From NCBI GenBank assembly GCA_049903315.1, contig JBNGBT010000007.1:6561-70560 (forward strand): a stretch of 64,000 nt of DNA, read 5' to 3'. A model generated the notes under the pieces. It was not told the DNA's origin. It worked only from the letters and a program-made list of their open reading frames with translations, and did not search any database. The position numbers and the translations under genes are program-made. Source of the DNA: Candidatus Cloacimonadota bacterium. Lineage in GTDB: Bacteria; Cloacimonadota; Cloacimonadia; JGIOTU-2. Positions 17,013-28,124 of this stretch are shown here, in pieces. Each line of letters opens with the position of its first letter. Position 1 is the stretch's first letter.

Positions 17013-20000
17013 TTGAATAAAAAAAGAAAATCTATTATCGTTCTACTGGTGGGTATATTTGTTACATGCCCCTTATTCGGGGACTCGCTAATATCAGTAC
17101 TACGATCCTCTTTAGATAATCTTACTATAGAATTTACACTACCAGAATATGAAATTCAATCGAAGAACGATTTTACCTACATAGAATGTCCTGAACTGAA
17201 ACGTGAGGAGATCGAAGGAAAGATTGATCTTCCGTACTACTCTTTTCTGGTGGGTGTTCCTACAAACGGAAATGCGCAGGCATCAATTGTCTCTTCAGTG
17301 GATAGTTATTTTGAATTAACTTCACCAGTTACTCCTTTCCCAAAATTTATCAAAGACGAACAAAAGGGCACATACTCTCTTGTGTATGATATCAAACAAG
17401 ATATTTATTCACTTGAAACTTCAAAGGAAATTCTGGATATATCAGAACCTTACTTATGGAGACAACAAACAGTTATCAAAGTAGTTCTGCACCCTTTTAT
17501 CGTTGAAAATGAAAAACTCAAAATCATAAAAAATCTCAAACTCTCATTCTCGCTTAGCGGCAATAAAGCATCAAGACCATTTTATGATAAGAATTTTGAA
17601 CAAGTTTTTCAAAATACAATAATCAATTTTGATATAGCACAACATTGGAGTTCGGATAGAGAACTGAAAAAACAGGATAATCCATTCTCACACGCAGATA
17701 GGTGGTTCAAAATACCTATCACTGAAAATGGGATTTGCAAACTAACCAAGCAAAAATTGTCTGATGCAGGAATTGATGTGGATAATCTCGATCCTGATGA
17801 GATCAAGGTATTTAATGGCGGAGGATATTCACAGAGCCGATCAGTCTATTCAACATTATATCCCTTTGAAGAAGTGCCAGTTTTCATAACTGAGAGCGGT
17901 TCTGATTATACAATATATTTTTATGTGAGAAATACAAATGGCATCGAATTGAACGACAATTACGAACAATATTTTAATCCTTATACAGGCGAGAATACCT
18001 ACTGGCTCACTTATAATACTGATCTTGCTTCACGCCCCAATTATCATAACCAATATTCAAGCGATCTCACAAAACGTGAAACATTCACTACATATAGTTA
18101 TTCACAACATTTTGAAGAAGATCATGTGCGATCTGATCCGCTTATGATTGAATGGTACTGGCAAAGCTTTACAGGGAGCGGATCGAGCACAAAGTATTTT
18201 GATTTTACAGTTTCAGAACTCAATACAAATGAACCTCAAGAATTAACGATTAATTTTAACTACCGTCCTTATACTTATTATATAAAAACCTATCTAAACG
18301 ACGTGTTACTTGATGATTATGTATGGACATCCTCACACGTGACTTATACTGGAAATTTTCTTCAAAATGGAACAAATACTCTCAAGGTTGTTGAAACCAC
18401 TTCCGGTTCCCAGACCTTATATTTTGATTATTATGAAATAGCATATACAAAGAATCTCAAGATGGAGAATAATTATCTTGCATTTTCACTTCCTCAGGAA
18501 AATGTGGAGTATACTGTTCATGTTTCTAATGTTGCAAACAATGAACTTCAGATATTCAAATTACGTGATTTTTATCAGGCTTCAAAGATCACAAATTATG
18601 ATATTTCAGGAACTTCTCTTTCATTCAATGCTCTTTCGGACACTGCCGGAACGCAATTCTGCATTGTCAGTAATGGTGGATATATTATTCCTGATGTAGT
18701 TGAAGAAAAATTAGAGCCGCTTGTATATTTGAATGGCACAGAAATTCGTTCATACCTGAGGGATGAAATAACTCTTGCTAATACTGAAGCAATAATTATT
18801 ACCCCTGAACAATTTTGGGATAATGCCAAAGAGCTTGCCGATGTACATTATGCAAATGATAATTTGAATGTGCTTGTCGTGAAAATAAATGATATATATG
18901 ATGAATTTGCATGGGGCTTGGTAGATGTAGTTGCTGTAAGATATTTCCTAAATTATGGATATGACTATTATGCTTCGATTCCAGACAGACAGTTATCTTA
19001 TGTAGCCCTAATGGGCGATGGAACAAATGATTTCCGAGGGTATGAGCAGGGCTCTGTAGAAAAAAATAAAATTCTTCCTTTTGTAGAAGGAACAACTGCA
19101 TCTGATGATTATTTTGTTTATTTTATTACAAAACTTAATCCTTCATTAATGATAGGTCGTTTTCCAGGTTATACTGACTCTCAAATGGAGATCATGGTCG
19201 ATAAGACTGTTGATTTTATTTCAAATCCCGAATTTGGATATTGGCGTAATCGCGTGATTCTATGTGCAGATGATTTTCTTAAACAGGGACAAAACACCGA
19301 AACAGGTCACACAACTCATGCAGAAAGTTGTTCGCGAAGAATTGAAGCCAATGTCGAACTTCTGAAAAACTATGGAATCCGGTACCCTCTTGATGAATTC
19401 CAGAACCGTCCGGAAGCTAATGAAGATTTAATAAAGATGATCAATAATGGAGCCGGAATATTTTATTACATTGGACATGGCGGTTATGATGTCATCGGGG
19501 ACGAAGAATATTTTCGAGCAAGCAGGGATATTACAAAACTCACAAACGGGAATAGACTCAACTTCTTTCTTGCAGCATCATGCGATATAGGTTTGTTTGA
19601 CTCCAATACAATTGAGTCGATGGCTGAGCGTATGATGTACAGCAAGGACAAGGGCTCGATTGCTGTATTTGCTTCTGCCCGAAAAGGTGGATACGGACCG
19701 TGTTCTGATGTTGTATCGCTTGTAGTAAATCACACAGGTGAAAGCATTACAATAGGTCAAGCAGTAATAGCTTCAAAAGGGGGAGGAGCATCGAAATCAT
19801 ATGAGAAATACTTGCTTTTCGGGGATCCGATGTTGAGAACAGCTCTCCCTGCAATAAGGGGTAATATTACAATTCCAGAAGAATTTGTCGACTCACTTCA
19901 AGCACGTCAAACAGCTTCTTTGCAAGGAGTTATCGACACAACAGGATTTTTATTTGATGAAGTATTCAATGTAGCGTATGACACTGACTATATCGTCAAA

Positions 20001-20918
20001 TATCCTTATGATTATCGCGATCCTAACACGGGAATCTGGGAAATCAGATATCTTGGTGTTGTTGAAAAGGGAAAAGCGATTTTTAAAGGACCCGTTTCAT
20101 TGCAGAATAATAATTTTGATTTTGGTTTCATTGTTCCTGATGATGTATATGGCGGAAATGAAGGGCAGGTGTTAAGTTATTCTATTGGCACATCTATTGA
20201 AAATGATGTGGATGTAGCGTTGAGGTATAATAAACGGAATAATCCCGATGATCATGAACTTATTATAAATGGGTATGCAGAATCCGAAAATGACGGACCA
20301 CCTCAGATCACTATGTGGTTGGATAATGATGCTTTTAAAAACGGAGATTACGTGTCATCATCACCTCTTGTATATATAGAAATTCTTGATAGCAACGGTG
20401 TAAATATCACTAATTATCCCGGTCATCGAATTTTATTAACAGTAGATAATGAGGATGAGTATAATATCACAGAATATTTTGTATATGATTTGGATTCTTT
20501 TATTCAAGGATCGATCGAATATCAGTTAGAGTCAATACCAACGGGCACCCACACTTTACGATTGGAGGTCTTTGATAACCTGAACGAAGTAGCATTTTAT
20601 GATGTTGAGTTTAAGATTAAAAGCCCTGATAATATTGATGTGCGGACTGTGTTGAATTATCCAAATCCTATGGATGACCATACATATTTCACTTTCTATC
20701 TTGATGGTGATGCTTCTGTTGACATTGAGATATTTACTGTGGCTGGCAGAAAGATTAAAACAATAGATGATTTAATACTTCGCACGGGTTATAATCAGGT
20801 GTTGTGGAATGGCAAAGATGAAGATGGAGATGTTCCCTCAAATGGCGTATATTTTTATAAATTGAAAGTCAATGGGAAGACGATTGATGAAATCTTTAAG
20901 ATCATTATTTTCCATTAA
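17013..20918 (+). CDS. Peptidase C25 (gingipain-like) family protein with T9SS C-terminal sorting domain, 1301 aa
   Basis: TTG start 8 nt after rpsT; signal peptide; candidate catalytic dyad context FYYIGHGGYD ... FFLAASCDIGLFD as in C25 peptidases; C-terminal T9SS CTD (YPNPMDD...IEIFTVAGRKI...GVYFYKL). Confidence 0.7.
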   Translation: MNKKRKSIIVLLVGIFVTCPLFGDSLISVLRSSLDNLTIEFTLPEYEIQSKNDFTYIECPELKREEIEGKIDLPYYSFLVGVPTNGNAQASIVSSVDSYFELTSPVTPFPKFIKDEQKGTYSLVYDIKQDIYSLETSKEILDISEPYLWRQQTVIKVVLHPFIVENEKLKIIKNLKLSFSLSGNKASRPFYDKNFEQVFQNTIINFDIAQHWSSDRELKKQDNPFSHADRWFKIPITENGICKLTKQKLSDAGIDVDNLDPDEIKVFNGGGYSQSRSVYSTLYPFEEVPVFITESGSDYTIYFYVRNTNGIELNDNYEQYFNPYTGENTYWLTYNTDLASRPNYHNQYSSDLTKRETFTTYSYSQHFEEDHVRSDPLMIEWYWQSFTGSGSSTKYFDFTVSELNTNEPQELTINFNYRPYTYYIKTYLNDVLLDDYVWTSSHVTYTGNFLQNGTNTLKVVETTSGSQTLYFDYYEIAYTKNLKMENNYLAFSLPQENVEYTVHVSNVANNELQIFKLRDFYQASKITNYDISGTSLSFNALSDTAGTQFCIVSNGGYIIPDVVEEKLEPLVYLNGTEIRSYLRDEITLANTEAIIITPEQFWDNAKELADVHYANDNLNVLVVKINDIYDEFAWGLVDVVAVRYFLNYGYDYYASIPDRQLSYVALMGDGTNDFRGYEQGSVEKNKILPFVEGTTASDDYFVYFITKLNPSLMIGRFPGYTDSQMEIMVDKTVDFISNPEFGYWRNRVILCADDFLKQGQNTETGHTTHAESCSRRIEANVELLKNYGIRYPLDEFQNRPEANEDLIKMINNGAGIFYYIGHGGYDVIGDEEYFRASRDITKLTNGNRLNFFLAASCDIGLFDSNTIESMAERMMYSKDKGSIAVFASARKGGYGPCSDVVSLVVNHTGESITIGQAVIASKGGGASKSYEKYLLFGDPMLRTALPAIRGNITIPEEFVDSLQARQTASLQGVIDTTGFLFDEVFNVAYDTDYIVKYPYDYRDPNTGIWEIRYLGVVEKGKAIFKGPVSLQNNNFDFGFIVPDDVYGGNEGQVLSYSIGTSIENDVDVALRYNKRNNPDDHELIINGYAESENDGPPQITMWLDNDAFKNGDYVSSSPLVYIEILDSNGVNITNYPGHRILLTVDNEDEYNITEYFVYDLDSFIQGSIEYQLESIPTGTHTLRLEVFDNLNEVAFYDVEFKIKSPDNIDVRTVLNYPNPMDDHTYFTFYLDGDASVDIEIFTVAGRKIKTIDDLILRTGYNQVLWNGKDEDGDVPSNGVYFYKLKVNGKTIDEIFKIIIFH

Positions 20919-21195
20919 TATATTTTGTTTATCTAATCTTTTAATAAATTTGACAAATAGGAATCTTATTTTCAATATTGGAAATGCTTATAAATAAATT
21001 AGTCTTTATATCTAAAAAAGATGAGGTTATGGTAAAAAAAGAAAATGCTATGTTAATGTCTAAGTTAGGCTTAAAACCAGTTTTATCTCATCACTTATTG
21101 GCTGGTTATACCCCCGAGGGGAACTTTATTCACTTCTATGCGAGGTTATTTATTATGTTAACGAAATCTGATTTATTAAAATCGGAGGAGACGGT

Positions 21196-24045
21196 ATGAA
21201 AAAACTTATTGGATTAACGATCGTGGCCTTGTTCATTACCTCACTTGCATTTGCAGTTAATTATACAAGTGGAGAAATGAGCAAAGGAACACCTTCAAAC
21301 TTTGAATTACACCCGAACTATACTCCTGGTGAACAGATTCACAGAGTTGCACCTAAAAATGTAGACCCTTATCGTGACGCTCCAGATCCAGAAGGTGTTC
21401 AACTTTTATATTGGGAGAACTTTGAAACCGAAGATGACATTTGGTATTACGCTAATCTTTCTTATTACTGGGTTATTCCTGTTGAAGCTTCTGAGTTCGG
21501 AACTCGTTTTACTGCCTATAGATCCGGCGACCTTGTAGGTGCATGGTTCTATTGGTATACTGGAAATGGTGGAGACGCTGATGTTCATGTCTATGCAGAT
21601 GATGGCACTGGATATCCTGGTGCTGGTTTAGGCAGTGTTTCAGTCACACCAGTTCTTAACGACTGGAACTATGTAGATCTTTCTGGTCTTGGAATTTCTG
21701 TTGATCCCTCTGCGGACTTCTTTATCACCTATAGTGTAGAAGCTGGTGATACTCTTAGTATTCTTTCAGATGATGGCGCGACTACAAATAATCGTGCACT
21801 TGAAGTACTTCCTACACTCAAAGATTGGACCTATATGGTTAACGATTGGGGTGCAGACTACGAATGGTGCCTTGAAGCAATCATCGAGCACGACACAGAC
21901 CCCTGGGTTCCTGAGATTGCAGGCAGATGGCAGTGGGTCGATACAGATTATAACAGCCCCACTCATTCATGGTGGATTGCTGATGATACAGCATATCAAG
22001 GATACAACTGGCTCAGCTCTGAACCCTTTACTATAGGTGACGACTATGCTTTGGTCCAGGTAGATTACGCATATAGAAGCAGCTTACCTGAAGCAGTGTA
22101 TTCAGATGAATATTGGTCATTCTACATTGGAAATACAGCCGATGGTATTGATTGGCATGCGTCAACCTATAATGCTTATAACGCTGGCACATCTTGGTAT
22201 GGCGGCGATGAAGTAACTCATGAATACGGTACAAGCGCAATTTATTATTTGTACACACCAGATATCGATCTTACCACTGCTTGTGAAGCTACATTAACCT
22301 GTATGCTTGATTATGATACAGAAGCACCAGGCGGAGAAGACCCACCATTCAACGGTTGGGATGTTGCAAATGTTCAGATATCAACAGATGGCTGGGCAAC
22401 TAAAGGATTCCTTGAAGATCCTTCAAATCCTTATAATGTAACTATTGCTTTTGCCGGTTGGGCAAACACTTCACTTCCTGCAGACACATTGAGCTATCCC
22501 GGTTGGGGTGGTCCAAGTCCTGCCGGCTGGTTCGCAGCTACTTTCGATCTTGCTGCATACCTTGGTGAAACAGTTCAGATCCGTTTTGCTCTTGCATCAG
22601 ATCCGTATACTGTAGCTCAGGGATTCTGGGTTGATAATCTTGATATTACCGCAGATGGCTCAGTCATATTCTCAGATTATGATGAGACCAACTTAATTCC
22701 TGCCCCTCCAGTTGTTGTTCTTGAAGAGCTCGAATACCTGGATACTTATACTGATGAAGATTGGTATGTTACTGATAAATATGACATTTCAATGTACGCT
22801 GGCGAGGAAGTAATTCTTAAGATGAAAGCTACCCTTGCAGACGATGCTGGTTCCGGAGAAGGTTTCTGGTTCGATGACATCCAGATAACCGGAGCCAATC
22901 TTCCTGTTCATGATATGGCAGCAATGTTCAATGTAATGCCGTATGGTGCGACCGAAGGATGGGATTATAGTCCCGGTATCGTTTATGGAAATTACGGAAC
23001 AACAATCGAAGGTCCACAGCTTAGAATGGATAACCTTGATTATGGTACAACTCCATTCGATTATTACAATAACAATCCTCCAGCTATTGGCTATGGTGAA
23101 TTTGATCTCGCATGGCTCACTCAACTGACAGCACTTCCTGGCGCTGGCTGGTATGATTTCTGTGGTTGGACAGAGGTTGGTGGCGATGAAGATCCCACAA
23201 ATGACTCTACCTATTTCTGGGGTGTCGAAGTATATCCCGCAGGATGGGCAGAATTCGGTAATAACTCCAGAGTATGGAGTGAAGACTTTTATACTTCTGG
23301 ATACTGTGGAAACTGGTTTGATATCTTCGATGGTGCTCGTATGACATCATTTGATATCTATTCAGTTTGGACTCAGGTTATTAACTATGGTTCGACTGGT
23401 GATGTCGATACATGGACAGTTGAGATATTCGAAGCTGTCGATGACCTTACTCCCGGAGCAAGCCTATACTACGGTTCATTTGATTGTACCGGTATTGACG
23501 GTGATGACTTTGGCTGGGTTGAATTCGTTCTTCCTACTCCATTACACATTACCGGTAATGTCATAGTTATGATCGGTGGTGTTTGGGTTGGCGGGTCTCC
23601 TGGTGTTGATGCCAGCTACTTCCCTGCATTTGATAGCATGGTCAGAAACTACCTGGGTGTCGGTGCATACTATGGACACAGTGTGTACGGTACAGAAGGC
23701 GATCCTGCAACTTGGGGACATTCCTCAGGTGACCGTTTCGTCAACATCTATGGTCGCGTAGATTATGCTACAGGTCCTGATGTTCCTGGTGATGTGAGTT
23801 ATCTCAACCAGAACGTGCCAAATCCTGTCACAAATAATGCTACTATTAGTTACCATATAAAGGGCTCTCCAATGAACAATGCAGAGATCAAGATATATAA
23901 CGTACTTGGTCAGCTTGTTGATACAGTCCAGGGCGAGAATGGTATCGCTACCTGGAATCCTGGTGATGCACCTAATGGTGTCTATTTCTACAAAGTATCA
24001 TCCGACGACTTCACTTCAGTGAAGAAAATGATCCTTATGAGATAA
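21196..24045 (+). CDS. T9SS-secreted surface protein, Trp/Tyr/Asp/Gly-rich, 949 aa
   Basis: Strong RBS GGAGGAG; signal peptide; repeated blocks ending FWVDNLDIT / FWFDDIQIT; C-terminal T9SS CTD (VPNPVTNNATISY...IKIYNVLGQLV...GVYFYKV); GC content and codon usage visibly differ from neighbours. Confidence 0.8.
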   Translation: MKKLIGLTIVALFITSLAFAVNYTSGEMSKGTPSNFELHPNYTPGEQIHRVAPKNVDPYRDAPDPEGVQLLYWENFETEDDIWYYANLSYYWVIPVEASEFGTRFTAYRSGDLVGAWFYWYTGNGGDADVHVYADDGTGYPGAGLGSVSVTPVLNDWNYVDLSGLGISVDPSADFFITYSVEAGDTLSILSDDGATTNNRALEVLPTLKDWTYMVNDWGADYEWCLEAIIEHDTDPWVPEIAGRWQWVDTDYNSPTHSWWIADDTAYQGYNWLSSEPFTIGDDYALVQVDYAYRSSLPEAVYSDEYWSFYIGNTADGIDWHASTYNAYNAGTSWYGGDEVTHEYGTSAIYYLYTPDIDLTTACEATLTCMLDYDTEAPGGEDPPFNGWDVANVQISTDGWATKGFLEDPSNPYNVTIAFAGWANTSLPADTLSYPGWGGPSPAGWFAATFDLAAYLGETVQIRFALASDPYTVAQGFWVDNLDITADGSVIFSDYDETNLIPAPPVVVLEELEYLDTYTDEDWYVTDKYDISMYAGEEVILKMKATLADDAGSGEGFWFDDIQITGANLPVHDMAAMFNVMPYGATEGWDYSPGIVYGNYGTTIEGPQLRMDNLDYGTTPFDYYNNNPPAIGYGEFDLAWLTQLTALPGAGWYDFCGWTEVGGDEDPTNDSTYFWGVEVYPAGWAEFGNNSRVWSEDFYTSGYCGNWFDIFDGARMTSFDIYSVWTQVINYGSTGDVDTWTVEIFEAVDDLTPGASLYYGSFDCTGIDGDDFGWVEFVLPTPLHITGNVIVMIGGVWVGGSPGVDASYFPAFDSMVRNYLGVGAYYGHSVYGTEGDPATWGHSSGDRFVNIYGRVDYATGPDVPGDVSYLNQNVPNPVTNNATISYHIKGSPMNNAEIKIYNVLGQLVDTVQGENGIATWNPGDAPNGVYFYKVSSDDFTSVKKMILMR

Positions 24046-24059
24046 TAGATTACAAATAT

Positions 24060-24097
24060 AGCCCTACTTCGTTTATTCGGAGTGGGGCTTTTTTTTT
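24060..24097 (+). terminator. Rho-independent terminator after the 949-aa gene
   Basis: AGCCCTACTTCG / CGGAGTGGGGCT stem (12 bp with two G-U pairs), 6-nt loop, then T8. Confidence 0.7.
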
Positions 24098-24106
24098 ATA
24101 AGATCC

Positions 24107-25975
24107 ATGGAAAAAACTCCCACTAATAATTCATATAAAATTCAACCTCTGATTTATTTAATTGCGCTTCTAATTTTAATTAATCCATTATTCATTTCTG
24201 TTCAAAAATATCTTATTTTCTCAACAAAAATATTAATACAGCAGATATTTATCATAACTATACTTTTCGTATATTTAATAGCAAAGGATTACAAAAAGCT
24301 CAAACTTTCTTTTCCGGTAATTATAATTTCTACCTATATATTGTATCTTTTTGTACGAACATTGTTACAACCGGTTTCAGCGTTTGGATTTCAGCAGTTG
24401 TATTATCTCTTCCCTTATACATTACTTTTTATTATAATATTGCAGCTTCATATCAACGATAATGAAAAGATATTCTTAAGTAATAGCTTCCTTTTAAGTT
24501 TCATTATTTCGATCGCATTTGGTGTATTTTTACAGAACAAGTATTCCACTTTTTCAAATTTTTCCCGACTGCAATTGTCATGGGCAAATGCAAACTATCT
24601 CGCAAGCTATCTACTCGTCACAATTGGATTTATTCTCTATACATGGAAAAGCACAAAAAAGAAATGGATTCATATCACAGCATTGATAAGTCTGATAGCC
24701 GCACTCGCATTTTTGTTCTGGACACAATCCAGAGGGGGAATGCTCAGTCTCATTTTAGTGCTTCTTATTGTATACATCATTTATGCGATAAAAAAACAAA
24801 AAAAATTACATATATTTATTTCATTTACAATTTTGATACTTTTACTATTAAGTTTTAACTATGTTTTCAGAACAATACGTCCTCAGACAATTACATTTCG
24901 TGAGCGTGTCTATAAGGCAAATGTAGAATATATTAAACATAACTGGTTATTTGGAAGCGGATTAGGCACATTCATAAATGAATTCCCCCGATATAGACTC
25001 AAGGATTATAAACTCCTTGGACAGGAGGACATCATTTCTCATGCCCATAATGAATTCGTTGAGATATGGGTGGAAACAGGTATTCTCGGGCTTGCTTTAT
25101 TTATTGCCTTCCTCTTTGCGTTAATAAGACAATATAAAAGAAAAATACATTCAAAGGATAAATATTTTATCTATGTTACTGCATTCTCTCTCGTACTTTT
25201 ATTGATACATAATTTATTCTCCATCACGATGCGGATTCCGCCAATTCTCATCTATTTTTTTATTCTTGCAGGTTTTCTCTCAGCTGATTATTCCAAAGAA
25301 ACAGAAAAGGAAACCTACTCCATATCTAAATATATTTTGTTAGTATTTATTTTTGGTTTGGTAATCTGTGCGGTTAACCAATATCGAACTATCCGGGGAC
25401 TTGATCATTTCTCTAAATCAGAGAGTTATTACGCATCAAAAGACAATAAGTTGCTCCCAAATGCAATTCTTGAAGCTGAAATCGCACAAAAATTTATTCC
25501 AAATAATACAGACTTGCTCTATCATCAAGGATTGCTCTATACAATAAGTGAGAATCATTCAAGTGCACTTCAAACATATAAAATGCTGGAGCGAATTTCT
25601 CCAAACTATCCGCAACTCCATTTCTGGAAAGGCTATTTACTCTCTCTTTCTGGTGCGTGGACACTCTCAGTGAAAGAATATAAAAAAGAAATAAGGTATA
25701 ACGAATACCCGAAGGTTTATTTCAATTTGGCAATTGCATACCATTATCTTGCCGATGAGAGTAATTCGATGATGAATTTCCTGATCTTTGCAGAAAAAAT
25801 CAAGCAGAAAACGGAACGGCATCTTATAAAAGATAAAGACAGGATTATGAAAGAAGAGGGTAGGAATCTGAAATTTGCACTTGATAATCTGGCTAAATAT
25901 TACGAAGGCAATCAATCTATGATTGACAGAATTGATTATTTGAGACAGTATTTTTTTGCTGAAAACAGTAATTAA
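24107..25975 (+). CDS. O-antigen ligase (Wzy_C)-like polytopic membrane protein fused to C-terminal TPR repeats
   Basis: About 10 TM helices with a Wzy_C-like block (SHAHNEFVEIWVETGILGLALFIAFLFALI); C-terminal ~230 aa TPR-like. Confidence 0.65.
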   Translation: MEKTPTNNSYKIQPLIYLIALLILINPLFISVQKYLIFSTKILIQQIFIITILFVYLIAKDYKKLKLSFPVIIISTYILYLFVRTLLQPVSAFGFQQLYYLFPYTLLFIIILQLHINDNEKIFLSNSFLLSFIISIAFGVFLQNKYSTFSNFSRLQLSWANANYLASYLLVTIGFILYTWKSTKKKWIHITALISLIAALAFLFWTQSRGGMLSLILVLLIVYIIYAIKKQKKLHIFISFTILILLLLSFNYVFRTIRPQTITFRERVYKANVEYIKHNWLFGSGLGTFINEFPRYRLKDYKLLGQEDIISHAHNEFVEIWVETGILGLALFIAFLFALIRQYKRKIHSKDKYFIYVTAFSLVLLLIHNLFSITMRIPPILIYFFILAGFLSADYSKETEKETYSISKYILLVFIFGLVICAVNQYRTIRGLDHFSKSESYYASKDNKLLPNAILEAEIAQKFIPNNTDLLYHQGLLYTISENHSSALQTYKMLERISPNYPQLHFWKGYLLSLSGAWTLSVKEYKKEIRYNEYPKVYFNLAIAYHYLADESNSMMNFLIFAEKIKQKTERHLIKDKDRIMKEEGRNLKFALDNLAKYYEGNQSMIDRIDYLRQYFFAENSN

Positions 25976-26051
25976 CGAAAAACTCTTTAATTTTCTTTAC
26001 TATCCTAGAGGTGCCCTTTTTAAATAGGTATTTTTAAGGAACTTAGAGATA

Positions 26052-27695
26052 ATGCATAAAAAGAAATATGAAGATCTTGTAAAGAAGTTAAGAGAGAAAT
26101 ATCCTGAGCGCCAGAAAGAATTTATTACAGGCTCCTCAGAAGAAGTACAACGTCTATATACACCAGAAGATACAAAAGAAATAGATTATGACAGGGATAT
26201 TGGATATCCCGGACTCTATCCTTTCACGCGCGGTGTCCAGCCAACAATGTACAGAGGAAGGTTGTGGACAATGCGCCAGTATGCTGGATTCGGTACAGCA
26301 GAAGAATCGAACCAACGATATAAATTTCTCCTCTCACAAGGTCAGACCGGTTTATCCATTGCTTTTGACCTTTGTACACAAATTGGGTATGATTCTGATG
26401 ATCCGATATGTGTTGGGGAAGTGGGGAAGGTAGGAGTGGCAATTGACTCTCTCGCAGATATGGAAATTCTTTTTGACGGTATCCCACTTGATAAAGTATC
26501 AACTTCTATGACCATCAACGCTCCTGCTGCGATCGTTCTTGCAATGTATATAGCTGTTGCAGAAAAACAAGGCGTCGCACTGGATCAATTAACAGGTACG
26601 ATCCAGAATGATATTCTCAAAGAATACATCGCTCGTGGCACCTATATATTTCCTATAAAACCTTCAATGAGGCTCATCACGAATATTTTTGAGTATTGCT
26701 CGAAACATGTGCCAAATTGGAACACGATCTCCGTATCTGGCTATCATATCAGAGAAGCTGGTTCAACTGCAGCAGAGGAAATTGCATTTACTCTTGCTGA
26801 TGGTATTGCATATGTACAGGCAGCTATAGATGCAGGATTGGAAGTTGATGACTTCGCTCCCCGAATCTCGTTCTTTTTCAATGCTCAGAACGATCTCTTT
26901 GAAGAGGTTGCTAAATTCCGTGCTGCAAGGCGGTTATGGGCGCAAATCATGAAAGACAGATTTCATTCGAATAATCCTAAATCTCAAATGTTACGCTTTC
27001 ATACACAAACAGGCGGCTCTACGCTTACTGCTCAACAATCCGACAATAATATCGTAAGGATCACGATTCAAGCTCTTGCAGCGGTTCTTGGAGGCACACA
27101 ATCCCTTCATACAAACTCACGGGACGAAGCACTCGCGCTTCCTACTGAGGAATCTGTTCGGATCGCACTTCGGACACAGCAAATACTTGGATTTGAAAGT
27201 GGTGTTACAAATACTATCGATCCACTCGCGGGTTCATATTTTGTAGAAAAAATGACTGAAGAAATCGAAAAAAAAGCAAAAAAACACATTCGGCGAATTG
27301 ATGAACTTGGTGGAATGGTTGAAGCTATTGAAAAGGGATATGTACAAAAACAAATCCAGGATAGCGCTTACAAGTATCAGAAGCAGATCGAGAAAAATGA
27401 ACGAATAATTGTCGGAGTTAATAAATTTACTACTGAAAAGGAATCACCAAAAAACTTACTTCGAGTTGATGAAAAAGTTGAACAACTACAAGTTAAAAAA
27501 TTGCACAAGATAAAAGCTCAAAGAGATGAGAAAAAAGTGCATGAAAATCTAGAAAAAATACGTAAAATTTCTCGAACTGAAGAGAACCTCATTCCGTCAA
27601 TTCTCGAAGCTGTGAAGACCTATGCCACTCTTGGTGAAATTTGTAATGTGTTACGTGAGGAATTTGGTGAATATAGCGAACAAATTGTTTTTTAA
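26052..27695 (+). CDS. Methylmalonyl-CoA mutase family, large (substrate-binding) subunit without B12 domain
   Basis: [56 protein letters not shown]; MCM-like Tyr and Arg positions appear retained (alignment by eye). Confidence 0.85.
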   Translation: MHKKKYEDLVKKLREKYPERQKEFITGSSEEVQRLYTPEDTKEIDYDRDIGYPGLYPFTRGVQPTMYRGRLWTMRQYAGFGTAEESNQRYKFLLSQGQTGLSIAFDLCTQIGYDSDDPICVGEVGKVGVAIDSLADMEILFDGIPLDKVSTSMTINAPAAIVLAMYIAVAEKQGVALDQLTGTIQNDILKEYIARGTYIFPIKPSMRLITNIFEYCSKHVPNWNTISVSGYHIREAGSTAAEEIAFTLADGIAYVQAAIDAGLEVDDFAPRISFFFNAQNDLFEEVAKFRAARRLWAQIMKDRFHSNNPKSQMLRFHTQTGGSTLTAQQSDNNIVRITIQALAAVLGGTQSLHTNSRDEALALPTEESVRIALRTQQILGFESGVTNTIDPLAGSYFVEKMTEEIEKKAKKHIRRIDELGGMVEAIEKGYVQKQIQDSAYKYQKQIEKNERIIVGVNKFTTEKESPKNLLRVDEKVEQLQVKKLHKIKAQRDEKKVHENLEKIRKISRTEENLIPSILEAVKTYATLGEICNVLREEFGEYSEQIVF

Positions 27696-27710
27696 GAGAA
27701 TCGTAATAAT

Positions 27711-28106
27711 ATGAAAAAAATAAAAATATTAATTGCAAAACCTGGCCTTGATGGACATGACAGGGGAGCGAAATTTGTTTCTCAAGTCCTCAGGAATGCC
27801 GGTTATGAAGTCATATATACAGGCATTCGTCAAACACCAGAACAAATAGTCACTTCTGCGATACAAGAGGACGTAGATTTTCTTGGAATGAGTATCCTGT
27901 CCGGTGCACATAATGTGCTCTTCAAAAAAGTTATGGATATCCTCCGAAATGAAAATACGGATGATATAATTGTGTTTGCCGGGGGCGTTATACCTGAGGA
28001 TGATATACCGTATTTGAAATCGCTGGGTATCAAAGAAATTTTCACGCCCGGAACCTCTTCGAAAAAAATAATTGAATTTATTGAAAACAATGCATCAAAA
28101 GAGTAA
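27711..28106 (+). CDS. Cobalamin (B12)-binding small subunit of acyl-CoA mutase
   Basis: 131 aa; DxHxxG motif (LDGHDRGAKFV) and Rossmann-like B12-binding fold signature. Confidence 0.85.
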   Translation: MKKIKILIAKPGLDGHDRGAKFVSQVLRNAGYEVIYTGIRQTPEQIVTSAIQEDVDFLGMSILSGAHNVLFKKVMDILRNENTDDIIVFAGGVIPEDDIPYLKSLGIKEIFTPGTSSKKIIEFIENNASKE

Positions 28107-28124
28107 TAAATTATAGGAGATCTT

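Noticed and set aside
17013-20918. Calling the C25 peptidase PorU (T9SS signal peptidase)
   Set aside because: porV, which normally follows porU, is absent; the gene is followed by a cargo protein. Only the family-level call is kept.
20978-21199. 73-aa ORF upstream of the 949-aa surface protein gene
   Set aside because: No RBS, low-complexity sequence, and it covers the promoter/leader region; most likely untranslated leader.
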